From Schlesneria sp. (GTDB lineage: Bacteria > Planctomycetota > Planctomycetia > Planctomycetales > Planctomycetaceae): 64,000 nt of DNA. This document shows positions 20,401 to 28,959 of the stretch, piece by piece. The stretch spans positions 20,839 to 84,838 of the forward strand of contig JAYSQC010000294.1 in assembly GCA_043721755.1 (NCBI GenBank), read 5' to 3'. The notes beneath the pieces are model-generated. The model was not told the origin of the DNA. It was given only the letters and a program-made list of their open reading frames with translations, and did not search any database. Each line of letters starts with the position of its first letter. Position 1 is the first letter of the stretch. The translations under genes and the position numbers were made by a program.

Positions 20401-23400
20401 TTCGGATTCCACCTCCGAGAATTCCAACAAACTTCTTCGGTCAGATGGCAAGTGGATTCTCGATTCGGGCACCAAGTCTCAATCGACGAGCAGTGCTTTC
20501 GGAGCGTCCTATTCAGGGGCGGGCGGGGTTACGAGTACCGATCCCAGCGGCTCAATCTCGATCTCTTTCGCGGCCTACGGCGGAGACTCGGAAACGGAGA
20601 GTTCGTCGGAGTCACAGATCGTTGGCTCCAACGGAGAATGGCAATCGGGTGGAGGCACGAGGTCGCGCTCCGCAGGGACTGGTAGCGGCTCTTCGTACTC
20701 GGGCAAAGGATCCTATTCGCCCGGCGGTACCGGTGGAACTTCGATGTCCTTCAATATCGAGTTGAGTGGCGGCAGCACTCTCAACGAGACTTTCTCGGAG
20801 GGCGAATCCAATACCGGCACGGGGGGCTGGCAACTCGTGTCTGGTAGCAAGGGGACATCGAACACGAATGATTCCAACGTCGCCTATTCCGGTGCGGGTT
20901 CCTTCCCGATGGGGGCTGCTGGAGCAGGTTCGATCGTCTTCGATGGCACCGATAACCAAAGCAACTCCTTCAGCGAATCCCAACTCGTCGGGACGGGCGG
21001 GACTTGGAATCTGATGGGCGGAGGGAAATCCAACTCAACGTCTTCTGGCCACAATTTCGTGCTCTCGGGGACAGACACGACTTCCGGTGGAGGAATCTCG
21101 GTCACGACCAGCTTCGCCGCTCATGACATTTCCTCCAATTCCGAAAGCACCTCGGCCAAGGTTTCGAGTTCCCTCGGGATCGGCCCGAACACTTGGGGCG
21201 ACGAAACCGGCTCCAAATCTCAGTCGGATGATTCCGGATTCACATTTTCGGCTAAGGGGGGCGGAACGCAGTCGCTCGCGATCGCTGGCGGCACCATCAA
21301 TGCCGGAATCCTCATCGACATGAGTAGCACGCAAAGCTCGGTTCACTCGGAGAGCCACGATTTGACGGGCGCAGGCTGGCAACCCATCTCAGGGTCGAGG
21401 TCCGAATCGTCGAGTGAATCGTCGAAGATGCAAATGAACGGAACCGGGACGTATACAAGGGGGACCGTCAACGGAACGCTCAATCTGATGAAGATGGATA
21501 CGTCGTCCAACTCGTCGTTCTCGACGGTTGAGTCACTCGGTTCGACGGGAGCGTGGACATTTACTTCCGGCAATCGCAGTGCGGCATCAGACAATGATTT
21601 TCAGTTCACGTATGCTGGAAGTGGAACCTACACGTATCCCGTCGCCGGTGGTCAGGTGGATGGTGGTCTCACGGAATTTGGAAACGCCGACAATACCGAC
21701 AACCACTCCCAATCCGAGTCGATCAATGCGGCGGGAGATTGGCAATTTGACGTGGGGAGCAAATCTCACTCGGCGGGAAATTCGTCCACGTTCAGTTCAT
21801 CGGGGACGGGCACTTATTCATACGCGGTCACTGGAGGCAGCGTCTCCGGAACAATCAATGAAGCGAATTGGTCGACTTCATCGAATAATGAAACGGAGTT
21901 TAATACTCGCGGTTCGATCGGAGGTTGGAGTTCGCTCGGGACAAAAACGAGCGGGACGGCGGGAGGTTCCACACGAGACTTTGTCGGTTCGGGCAGTTAC
22001 TCCATCAACATCCCCGATCCCACTGACGCGAAAAAGAGTGCGGGAAGTGTGTCAGGGAAAATTGATGAGGGCGGCAGTACGAACTCCAACTCCTCCGAAA
22101 GCTTGGGATGGTCGCTCAGTGCCGGTAATGGCTGGCAGCAAGTTTCGGGTTCACGTTCCCATTCCAATGGAAATAGTTCCAACAGCAAGTCTTCCGGATC
22201 GGGAAGCTACTCGTACACCGATTTGGAGAATGCCAACGGCATCTATCGCAGCGTCTCGCACAGTGGCAAAATCGAGGAAGACGCGTCCAGCGACTCCGGC
22301 AGCTCCGCTTCCGACGCCCTGATGTTTTCGACCGCTGGTGTCTGGGTGCGAACGTCCGGGGGGACATCCAGTTGGAATAGTTCACATCAATCATCAAATT
22401 CCTCGGGAACGGGCAAATACACGTTCAATGTCGGTGGAACATCGGCCAGCCCGGACTACAGGAAACTGAGCGGAGATGTCACCGAGAGCCGTTCGAGCCT
22501 CGACGATCAGAGTTATTCGTTAAGCACGACGTTCACGCCGTTCGGCACCTTTGTGACAACCGGCTCGAAGTCGTCCACCGGAAACTGGAGTGACGACAGC
22601 TCCCTCACTGGTAAGGGATCGTACAGCCGCTCCGTCACAGGCGGCTCCGTCACAGGCACGATCACCAGCCACAACCTCTCACGGGGACAGAGTTCAAATT
22701 CCACGGCCGCTTGGGGCGTCGATGCCTTCGGCGGGTGGGTGTTGCTGAGTGGCGTTGCGAGCCAGGCGTCTGACAGCACGTCCAACGAGGCTTGGAACGG
22801 AACCGGAACGTACTCCACATCCAACTCGGTGACAGACCCCGCCACGGGTAAAACCCTGTCGTCGCAGTCGATGAGTGGAACCGTGACCGACACAGGTTGT
22901 GAAGTATATGACTCCGGTGGCAGCAGTTCCGCCTCTAAAGTGAACTCCAGCGGTGAATGGGAACAGACGTTCGGCTATGCGTCGTCCAGCAAGCGTTCCA
23001 AGAACAACTCAACGATGACAGGCAGCGGAACGTATTCCAACAACGCGTGGGGGGACACGACTCGCAGTGTCTCCGGCACGTTGTCGGAGAACTACAACTC
23101 GTCCGTCGAGTCTGAAAACAGTGAATCGTGGGTCTTTATGAAGGCGGCGTTTGCCAGTGACATGGTTCAGGTGTCCGGTACTCGGAAGCTGATTACCAGC
23201 AGCGGCGGGAGCTTCACCAGTGACGGGAGCGGGACGTACAGCCACGGTCAGGTGCAAAATGGCAAGGTGACTCGCGACTTCAGTACTCGTTCGGGATCGC
23301 ATGGGGAGAGCAAGGTCGAGAGCTTTAGCGGGGGCGGCTGGACGCTCACGTGGTCGGGGAGCGATTCCAGCAGCCAGTCGTCGGACAACTCGTACTCGGG

Positions 23401-26377
23401 GAGCGGGAGTTCAGCCTTCGACCCGCCCGTGATCACCGAGCCGTTCCGCACGTCGGAGTACCATTCCTCGGGCAGCTATGAGGAAGATTTCCAATTTCAG
23501 AATGGCAATAGCAATTCGTCAAACTGGACGGCCGATGCGACCGGCGGCAAAACGACCACGATCACTTCATCCGCCTCCTCTCTGGAGCATCGCCACACGG
23601 CCTCTTCGGGAGGGACTAGCGCCATCCAAGTCACTTGGTACGACATTCCACCGAATCCGTACACTGCGGGTGGCAAGCAGTCCAACACCCAGGAAAACAA
23701 GTCGAACAGCAGCAACAGCGTGACGTGGCATGTGACTTCCAACAGTTTCTCCAATGTCACCATTGATCCCAGCGGAGGAGTCACGGGGGGCGGTCTGCGG
23801 ACCGGTTCGGGCGCTGTCGATGTGGCAGTGAGTCACGGCAATTGGAGCCGGGGCAAGAATGCCGGCCCGATGGACAAGAGTTCGCATACCGCCACGTACG
23901 ACATGACGAACAACTCGCACGACGGCTATGCGTCCGTCACCGCCTCCATCGGCACGTCGATGCCCGCAACGGTAAACATGGTGGACGGAAACAGAACGTC
24001 GTCCATGCATTCCACCCGGGTGGAATTCGACATGATGGGGAACCTCATCGTACCGACTTTCCCAACCCCTCCCGCCAGCACATGGAGCCAGTCCTATCTG
24101 ACGGTCACATTCACAGAAGGGTTCTATACAAATCCGTACTTCGCCCAATCACCGCCCGCTCCCACGTCGCTGCCACCTGCCACGCCCCCTTCCGGAACCG
24201 GAGGACAAGGCGGCGGCGGAGCGATGAATTCAGCGCAAGTCCTGCGTATGAGAGCACTCGCGGTCTACAACTTCGGTGCTTCGTTGTTCACCGCTGACGG
24301 CCGATCCGCAGTTGTGAATGGTGTCAGCAACGCCGCTAGCAACGCCAGGAATGACCCCCTCGGAACGTTAGGCTCCGCCGTCAGAAGTGCCCTTGATCCC
24401 GAAGGCTTGCGAAACGCCTACAACGGTCGGTTGGATGACGGAACACTTCTGACATGGGATGCCAGAATCACAGAAGGAATGCTCGGAGCGTTTGATGCAT
24501 TAACGACGGCTACAGGCATTGGAGGTGCAATCAAAGGTGCCGCCAAAGGCTTGGGCAAGGTCACGTTGAAGGGGCTACGATCCAGCGTCGATGATGTTGC
24601 GAAGGCGACATGTCGAGTTGCGGAAAATGGCGGATGCTTCACCGAGGAGACGGAAGTGATTGTCGGCCCCGGTAACATGACGCTGATTGCCGCTCACACG
24701 GGCGAGGACCGTTCTTCGTTATTGGCGATCCTCGCAGCGGCTGGCGTGCTGGTCATCGGAAGGGTTGCGGCCAGGCGTTTGAAGGGCAGCGACGAGGAAG
24801 AGGAGGGACTGATGGACGAACCCAACGGTCGGCGTTCGTTGAGCAATCTTCGCCTACAGGGACTCGATGGCGAACCCTCGTCGAGCGACACCGAACTGGC
24901 CCCCCGTTGGCAACTCCAACGAAGCGGCACCATCACGCTCGCCACAACAGAGCCCCAGCCCGCGATTGAACCTCTATGGTCAATCACGTTGCCTAGAGCG
25001 ATAAAAGAGGACGCTGCACAAACGCGGACCATGACCATCGAGCATCCTCCGACGATGTCCACAATCGAACCGGTTTCAAGGGAGCGAAGGCAACACGCCA
25101 CGGGCCGAAACCGCTCCCGAAATTGGTTGGCATCGACTGTTGGTCTGCTCTCGTTGCTGATTGCGGGGATGTGTTTGTGGTGTGCGTTGCCGGGATCAGG
25201 ACGGGCCGAGGCCGTCACCTCTCCGTCTGAAGTTCAACAGTACGAGACCAAACGCATTTCGCAGATTGAACCGTTGGATTGGGTGTTGGCCGGGAACCCA
25301 GAAAGGGAGCGGGATATTCAGTTTGGTGAGGTCATTCATCCACACCAGTGGCGGTTGCTGAAGCTGGTCGCTCCGAAGAAATCGGGTGGTACGGCTGAAG
25401 TCCGGATGGCTCGGCCGTTGACGTGGCTGTACTCGCAGTGGCAGTTGAGTCTGGCTGCGCCTGAAGATCCGGATGAAACGGCATCGAATTTTGACTTCGC
25501 AATACACGAAGGCGACGACGATTCCCTCCTAGCGTTTGATGAAGCCCGGTTGGTGGCATTCGACCCGCAGCAGTTGGTGGGCTGCACGATCTACATCTCG
25601 GTCCCCGAGTGCGGGATCGACGGCCACGCTCAGGTCTTGACGGTCGAGGACTGTCCGAACCTCAAGCCGCGACCGGGACCGGGGTATCAACTCGTCACGG
25701 CCACGTTCAAACATCGCGGGGCGAGGGTCGTCGATGTCCATGTCGCGGGACTGTCGGCCCCAATCGGCTCAACACCCAATCACCCGTTCTGGTCCGAGGA
25801 CAAACAGCAATTCGTCCGAGCCGACACCCTACAACCGGGCGAACACCTGCGCCAAGCCGACGGCTCACTGACCACCGTCACCGCCGTCATTCCCCGCCCC
25901 GGCACCCATAACGTCTACAACCTCGAAGTCCATCTCGACCATGTCTACCACGTCGCCAGCAACGGCGTCTTGGTGCATAATGGGTCGCTTCTTGACTGCC
26001 CTTTAACGCAGTGGGTTGATCCAAGAACGATTAATTTTTCGCAACGCAATGTTTCGGCAAACGTGATCGATTACACGTTAGACATGGAAAAGCGAGGAAA
26101 ACACTTCTTTGACAGACCTCTTAATGTCATAGAAACAAACGCTGGACAATTTGTTTCTCTTGACAATAAGCGACTAATGGCTGCTCGAATGACTGGCACT
26201 CAAGTGCCCATTCGGATTGTCAAAGCTAATGAATTTATGAACGGTACTTCTAGGAAGACGTGGGGGCAAGACCTGAACAATAAGCTGAGTGGCCAGAGTC
26301 GCCCTCGTGGATTACCACCAGTTCCAGCTCTGCCGACTCATGGAGGAAGCGGCCTTCCTGGAATTGAATTCGACTGA
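17480..26377 (+). CDS. Giant (2965 aa) S/G/T-rich repeat surface protein with a C-terminal HINT domain and polymorphic toxin tip
   Basis: It begins with a basic leader followed by IEVLEQRCVLSA. A cadherin/Ig-like module follows (LNVLANDF...FDYTVMDADGDSAFATVTVTV). About 2000 aa of degenerate W-containing S/G/T repeats come next. The HINT domain runs from CFTEETEVIV to NGVLVHN, followed by a 131-aa C-terminal domain. Confidence 0.85.
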   Translation: MLLFNWLASVRNRLRVSRYFGSRRERTRPRGRRDVHSRVPAMIEVLEQRCVLSAVGAIDDVFTVSVSGSSQPTQLNVLANDFSSAGGLQLSAVGSAAHGTISIDQSDPTQLPSLIYTADVGFIGVETFDYTVMDADGDSAFATVTVTVGGSNPYSNSGSTTGVLTTATTVIDSYVSQIAGAVSGGVSGGSYSPYDPSWGTGSTTSSPLSSSGTGSSSGGTAGNPENIAGTAFGSGSTSDSGMASSGLPSNSGGPTGGSTYATGFEGGFQSPSDPTGTNPTDPSGYSGGTWPTGGSGGTSGEGTSSSGGTSGSGGNLPGDPGSSGSADDGRFHLEGGYSIDAHTTFISTSGNVSSSTSSTDLINETNTGGENVIFVSVGASTTTLAVSSTEYAGAWTYSETYLFDAMITVTGSDGSVTTDHEWLGYSFVASGDATYSTFSLLIDTGSDLAGTYTEVWSETSTSGSNSGGSLDWTWMMFSQDIIGISNTSDLTTATATGVTTLDIQSSGSFSGQGTYFYDTEGGQVTGAITATGQSSDSLISSAMESQSVSGTWSWATGTATHAGASKTSYSYAGMGGYLIDDNGVNLVGTISESGADRSEDSDTEQGAISTDGKWTWNSGTAKFDGASTSQFSAAGTGTYTSTTQTSTANGTLSEMSGFSSSAAYSGAATLGTGEKWNWSSGGAKLSMGTTSSFSQAGSSTFTDNTSTSTFGGTTADSSGETSSDQVSMTAVLDLEGTWDFNWGLAKSQGSSWSATSYSGKGSYSTQLGTPGQTGGVSGGVSGGTEANGSTSESSGYSAQQSIGQEGKWVWDSGTAGNSSSVTTHSGSSGSGTYSYSLPGGSGVISGTITSGGSSDSNLSVSQTAALDSSGNWSLDKGTLTVSGGASESSSYAGSGAYSRVSADGSMNGTQTESGGSANSSSYTTTANVNTDHKWEWTAGSSAVTNGGSVSSAFSGSGTFSTPTFGGKTTESGSFSDSTSENSNKLLRSDGKWILDSGTKSQSTSSAFGASYSGAGGVTSTDPSGSISISFAAYGGDSETESSSESQIVGSNGEWQSGGGTRSRSAGTGSGSSYSGKGSYSPGGTGGTSMSFNIELSGGSTLNETFSEGESNTGTGGWQLVSGSKGTSNTNDSNVAYSGAGSFPMGAAGAGSIVFDGTDNQSNSFSESQLVGTGGTWNLMGGGKSNSTSSGHNFVLSGTDTTSGGGISVTTSFAAHDISSNSESTSAKVSSSLGIGPNTWGDETGSKSQSDDSGFTFSAKGGGTQSLAIAGGTINAGILIDMSSTQSSVHSESHDLTGAGWQPISGSRSESSSESSKMQMNGTGTYTRGTVNGTLNLMKMDTSSNSSFSTVESLGSTGAWTFTSGNRSAASDNDFQFTYAGSGTYTYPVAGGQVDGGLTEFGNADNTDNHSQSESINAAGDWQFDVGSKSHSAGNSSTFSSSGTGTYSYAVTGGSVSGTINEANWSTSSNNETEFNTRGSIGGWSSLGTKTSGTAGGSTRDFVGSGSYSINIPDPTDAKKSAGSVSGKIDEGGSTNSNSSESLGWSLSAGNGWQQVSGSRSHSNGNSSNSKSSGSGSYSYTDLENANGIYRSVSHSGKIEEDASSDSGSSASDALMFSTAGVWVRTSGGTSSWNSSHQSSNSSGTGKYTFNVGGTSASPDYRKLSGDVTESRSSLDDQSYSLSTTFTPFGTFVTTGSKSSTGNWSDDSSLTGKGSYSRSVTGGSVTGTITSHNLSRGQSSNSTAAWGVDAFGGWVLLSGVASQASDSTSNEAWNGTGTYSTSNSVTDPATGKTLSSQSMSGTVTDTGCEVYDSGGSSSASKVNSSGEWEQTFGYASSSKRSKNNSTMTGSGTYSNNAWGDTTRSVSGTLSENYNSSVESENSESWVFMKAAFASDMVQVSGTRKLITSSGGSFTSDGSGTYSHGQVQNGKVTRDFSTRSGSHGESKVESFSGGGWTLTWSGSDSSSQSSDNSYSGSGSSAFDPPVITEPFRTSEYHSSGSYEEDFQFQNGNSNSSNWTADATGGKTTTITSSASSLEHRHTASSGGTSAIQVTWYDIPPNPYTAGGKQSNTQENKSNSSNSVTWHVTSNSFSNVTIDPSGGVTGGGLRTGSGAVDVAVSHGNWSRGKNAGPMDKSSHTATYDMTNNSHDGYASVTASIGTSMPATVNMVDGNRTSSMHSTRVEFDMMGNLIVPTFPTPPASTWSQSYLTVTFTEGFYTNPYFAQSPPAPTSLPPATPPSGTGGQGGGGAMNSAQVLRMRALAVYNFGASLFTADGRSAVVNGVSNAASNARNDPLGTLGSAVRSALDPEGLRNAYNGRLDDGTLLTWDARITEGMLGAFDALTTATGIGGAIKGAAKGLGKVTLKGLRSSVDDVAKATCRVAENGGCFTEETEVIVGPGNMTLIAAHTGEDRSSLLAILAAAGVLVIGRVAARRLKGSDEEEEGLMDEPNGRRSLSNLRLQGLDGEPSSSDTELAPRWQLQRSGTITLATTEPQPAIEPLWSITLPRAIKEDAAQTRTMTIEHPPTMSTIEPVSRERRQHATGRNRSRNWLASTVGLLSLLIAGMCLWCALPGSGRAEAVTSPSEVQQYETKRISQIEPLDWVLAGNPERERDIQFGEVIHPHQWRLLKLVAPKKSGGTAEVRMARPLTWLYSQWQLSLAAPEDPDETASNFDFAIHEGDDDSLLAFDEARLVAFDPQQLVGCTIYISVPECGIDGHAQVLTVEDCPNLKPRPGPGYQLVTATFKHRGARVVDVHVAGLSAPIGSTPNHPFWSEDKQQFVRADTLQPGEHLRQADGSLTTVTAVIPRPGTHNVYNLEVHLDHVYHVASNGVLVHNGSLLDCPLTQWVDPRTINFSQRNVSANVIDYTLDMEKRGKHFFDRPLNVIETNAGQFVSLDNKRLMAARMTGTQVPIRIVKANEFMNGTSRKTWGQDLNNKLSGQSRPRGLPPVPALPTHGGSGLPGIEFD
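17960..24200 (+). repeat. Protein-level degenerate repeats of about 55-65 aa (G-x-W-x-W/F-x-SG...SGSGTYSY...GG-x-VSGTI...)
   Basis: Recurrent motifs are visible, for example GKWTWNSGTAKFDG, GEKWNWSSGGAKLS, EGKWVWDSGTAGNS, DHKWEWTAGSSAVT, AGDWQFDVGSKSHS and GNGWQQVSGSRSHS. Each is followed by (S/T)G(S/T)GTY(S/T). The copies are diverged at DNA level. Confidence 0.6.
24635..25981 (+). other. PT-HINT-like domain interrupted by a roughly 190-aa insertion carrying two predicted TM helices
   Basis: The N-terminal block is CFTEETEVIVGPG. The insertion contains LLAILAAAGVLVIG and WLASTVGLLSLLIAGMCLWCAL. The domain resumes at YETKRISQIEPLDWVLAGN and ends with the canonical VYNLEV...HVYHVASNGVLVHN. 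Confidence 0.6.
25982..26374 (+). other. C-terminal toxin domain 1 (ParB/Srx-fold-like by pattern)
   Basis: VDPRTINFSQRNVS...DRPLNVIETNAGQFVSLDNKRLMAARMTGTQVPIRIV resembles ParB-N/sulfiredoxin-fold nuclease domains (compare GhhR..Aa). GC content drops visibly from here. Confidence 0.4.
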
Positions 26378-26396
26378 GTAAACAAAGGGGGTCGAA

Positions 26397-26909
26397 GTGA
26401 TTTCGCAAGGCCTTTGGAAAAACGGTGACTGCCTCCAGATCGACTCGGTGCAATTCGGTGATGATTGCGTCGCGATTCTAAAGGTAACTTACCCTCCACA
26501 GTCGTACCTAGACGACCAGAGCATTGTACCGCATGTCTCGATTGAAAAGAGAGAGCCGATATTGGGCGTGATTAGTAACGAGCCTAATCTGCCAAAAGTC
26601 GGACTATGCCCGTCACATTCCGTTGATTTCACATGGAATTCTGAAATTCTTCGATGCCAAGTCGGGGAGGGTAGTGGCTGGGACGGATTCGGATACGTAG
26701 CTGTTTCTCGGGTCGCAGATGACTATTTATACTGGGTGGCATTTTTTGAAAGATCAAATGGTTTCGACCAGGTGTACATTAAAGACAACTCTGTGATTGC
26801 GACTCCGTACCTCGGCTGGGAATATGTATTCGACCTTGCCGCACCGGAGCGAATAAAGATCAGAACGAGCAAATCAAAGGAGACAGATCAAACGGGTCAG
26901 GGGTCGTAA
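26397..26909 (+). CDS. Candidate immunity protein for toxin tip 1
   Basis: The GTG start lies 20 nt after the toxin stop and follows AAAGGGGG. The ORF is 170 aa, lower in GC and has no signal peptide. The assignment rests on position only. Confidence 0.45.
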   Translation: MISQGLWKNGDCLQIDSVQFGDDCVAILKVTYPPQSYLDDQSIVPHVSIEKREPILGVISNEPNLPKVGLCPSHSVDFTWNSEILRCQVGEGSGWDGFGYVAVSRVADDYLYWVAFFERSNGFDQVYIKDNSVIATPYLGWEYVFDLAAPERIKIRTSKSKETDQTGQGS

Positions 26910-26945
26910 ATCTGGAATGTCACATCGCAGCAAACTGGGGAGCGG

Positions 26946-27000
26946 AAAAGGGGACAGGTCCATATTAGGCATTGCGGCTTATATGGACCTGTCCCCTTTT
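26946..27000. terminator. Perfect 20-bp stem / 15-nt loop hairpin
   Basis: AAAAGGGGACAGGTCCATAT-N15-ATATGGACCTGTCCCCTTTT lies 37 nt after the 26909 stop, and the 3' arm ends in TTTT. Confidence 0.6.
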
Positions 27001-27165
27001 GGCTCCCGCTAAATTGCACTCAGAACTGCCTGTTGTATCGACTGGCTGGGCACAGGCAAACGCATTCTTCAAGGCTGAGCGTAGGCAAGTTAACATCGGT
27101 CTTGGTAATGGAAATGCTCTGAGTATTTTTAACAATAACATTGCAGGTTTTAATCAGGTGCCGCG

Positions 27166-27681
27166 ATGACAGACGAAGAAAAAGAGCTTGCGCTTTCACT
27201 TTCTGCCGACGAAATAACCGAGGCCGACTTTTTGCGGATTCTACAAATCGGTCGTGCGGATGTACGCCAGCTAACCTTGCGATTTCTTGAGGAGTCGCTG
27301 GCAACATTGGATCCTGAAGGTGTCGAGTGCGCATTGAACGTTGGTTTTGTGTTCGGCTTCGACACTGAGCATCTCGATGTATTGAGTGCGCTGTCAGATT
27401 CTGAGTGGCATTTCCGTCACGAAGATGTTGTCGAGGCGTTAAGTGATTTACAGTCGCCCCGTACAGTAGATACGTTGTTCAGAGCTGCATTACACCCACA
27501 TGGCTATCTTGATTATGACGAAAGTCGTTCGTTATCAATAAAAGCAATTTGGGCAATCAGCTGTGTTGCAACCCCTTCTGCAATTGAGGCGCTTCACAAA
27601 CTGGCTGCTTCCGATATTGTGCGTGTAGCTGAAGAAGCAAAGCGACATTTGGAGCAGGCCAAAGGAGACGGGACTCTTTGA
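27166..27681 (+). CDS. HEAT-repeat-like protein (immunity-like)
   Basis: The 171-aa protein looks all-helical and has HEAT-like segments (VVEALSDLQSPRTVDTLFRAAL; AIEALHKLAASDIVRVAEEAKRHL). It sits between two toxin modules. Confidence 0.45.
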   Translation: MTDEEKELALSLSADEITEADFLRILQIGRADVRQLTLRFLEESLATLDPEGVECALNVGFVFGFDTEHLDVLSALSDSEWHFRHEDVVEALSDLQSPRTVDTLFRAALHPHGYLDYDESRSLSIKAIWAISCVATPSAIEALHKLAASDIVRVAEEAKRHLEQAKGDGTL

Positions 27682-28931
27682 ATCGCTTAAAAGGGCAACA
27701 CTACAGGAGCCGAAGCCGCTCCCGAAGTTGGTTGGCATCGACTGTTGGTTTGCTCTCGTTGCTGATTGCGGGGGCGTGCTTATGGTGTGCTTTGCCGGGA
27801 TCAGGGCGGGTGGATGCCGTCACCACGCCGTCTGAAGTTCGGCAATACGAGACCAAACGCATCTCACGGATCGTCCCGTTCGACTGGGTGCTGGCGGGAA
27901 ACCCGGAAGGGGAGCGTGATCTTCAGTTTGGCGAGGTCATCCATCCTAAGCAGTGGCGACTGCTGAAACTCGTCGCACCGAAAAAGGGTGGCGGCGAGGC
28001 CGATGTGGACATGGCTCGGCCGCTGACGTGGCTCTATTCGCAGAAGCAGGCCGGTGTGACTGTGCCTGATGAGGCCATCGCGGAAGATGAGGACGACGAC
28101 GACTCACTCATCGCGGTCGATGAAGCACAGCTCGCGGCATTCGATCCACGGCAACTCGTCGGCCGCACGATTTACATCTCAGTCCCCGAATGCGGGATCG
28201 ACGGTCACGCGAAGGTGCTGGCGGTTGAGGACTGCCCGAACCTCAAACCGCGACCTGGACTGGAGTATCAACTCGTCACGGCGACGTTCAAACATCGCGG
28301 GGCGAAAGTCGTCGATGTCCATGTCGCGGGGCTGTCAGCTCCGATCGGCTCGACACCCAATCATCCGTTCTGGTCCGAGGACAAACAGCAATTCGTCCGC
28401 GCCGACACCCTGCAACCGGGCGAACACCTGCGCCAAGCCGACGGCTCACTGACCACCGTCACCGCCGTCATTCCCCGCCCCGGTACCCACAACGTCTACA
28501 ACCTCGAAGTCCACCTCGATCACGTCTACCACGTCGCCAACAACGGCGTGTTGGTCCATAATGGGTCCGCGTGGTGGTGTTACCAAAATCGCGTCGCAGA
28601 GACTTTTGGTTTTACGACCGGTCGAGCTTCAACAGAATTCGTCGGTCAGCTGAAGCCCAAAAGATTCGCCGATGGAGTTTCATCTGACATCACTCACGCG
28701 ATGGAGGCCAAACACATCCATAATTGGAGCCGATCGCCATACAATCCAGCGAACATTCACACCACTGTTGGTGCGCAAAGGCAATTTGGAATGGTTTCTC
28801 AAATGAAAGATCTATCGAACGGATTTCCCAAAGTAACCTATTACACAAATCATTCAGGGATGGCTAATCACCTTCGTGATTTGGCGAGTCGCGCAAATCT
28901 CAGAAATGTTTCAGTTGAATTCCACCCCTAA
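27678..28931 (+). CDS. Orphan TM + HINT-C + alternative toxin tip cassette (PD-(D/E)xK-like)
   Basis: About 880 nt are near-identical to 25090-25985 of the giant gene (WLASTVGLLSLLIAG...NGVLVHNGS). A different 122-aa tail follows, with KRFADGVSSDITHAMEAKH (D...E-x-K). The only start in the track is TTG, so independent translation is uncertain. Confidence 0.65.
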   Translation: MNRLKGQHYRSRSRSRSWLASTVGLLSLLIAGACLWCALPGSGRVDAVTTPSEVRQYETKRISRIVPFDWVLAGNPEGERDLQFGEVIHPKQWRLLKLVAPKKGGGEADVDMARPLTWLYSQKQAGVTVPDEAIAEDEDDDDSLIAVDEAQLAAFDPRQLVGRTIYISVPECGIDGHAKVLAVEDCPNLKPRPGLEYQLVTATFKHRGAKVVDVHVAGLSAPIGSTPNHPFWSEDKQQFVRADTLQPGEHLRQADGSLTTVTAVIPRPGTHNVYNLEVHLDHVYHVANNGVLVHNGSAWWCYQNRVAETFGFTTGRASTEFVGQLKPKRFADGVSSDITHAMEAKHIHNWSRSPYNPANIHTTVGAQRQFGMVSQMKDLSNGFPKVTYYTNHSGMANHLRDLASRANLRNVSVEFHP

Positions 28932-28959
28932 TCCGCGAAGTTCGGCAGGTAACAATGGC

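Noticed and set aside
17960-24200. Possible DNA-level tandem repeat/VNTR or CRISPR-like periodicity in the giant gene
   Set aside because: The periodicity exists only at protein-motif level and the units differ extensively in nucleotide sequence and length. I found no direct repeat/spacer structure anywhere in the window.
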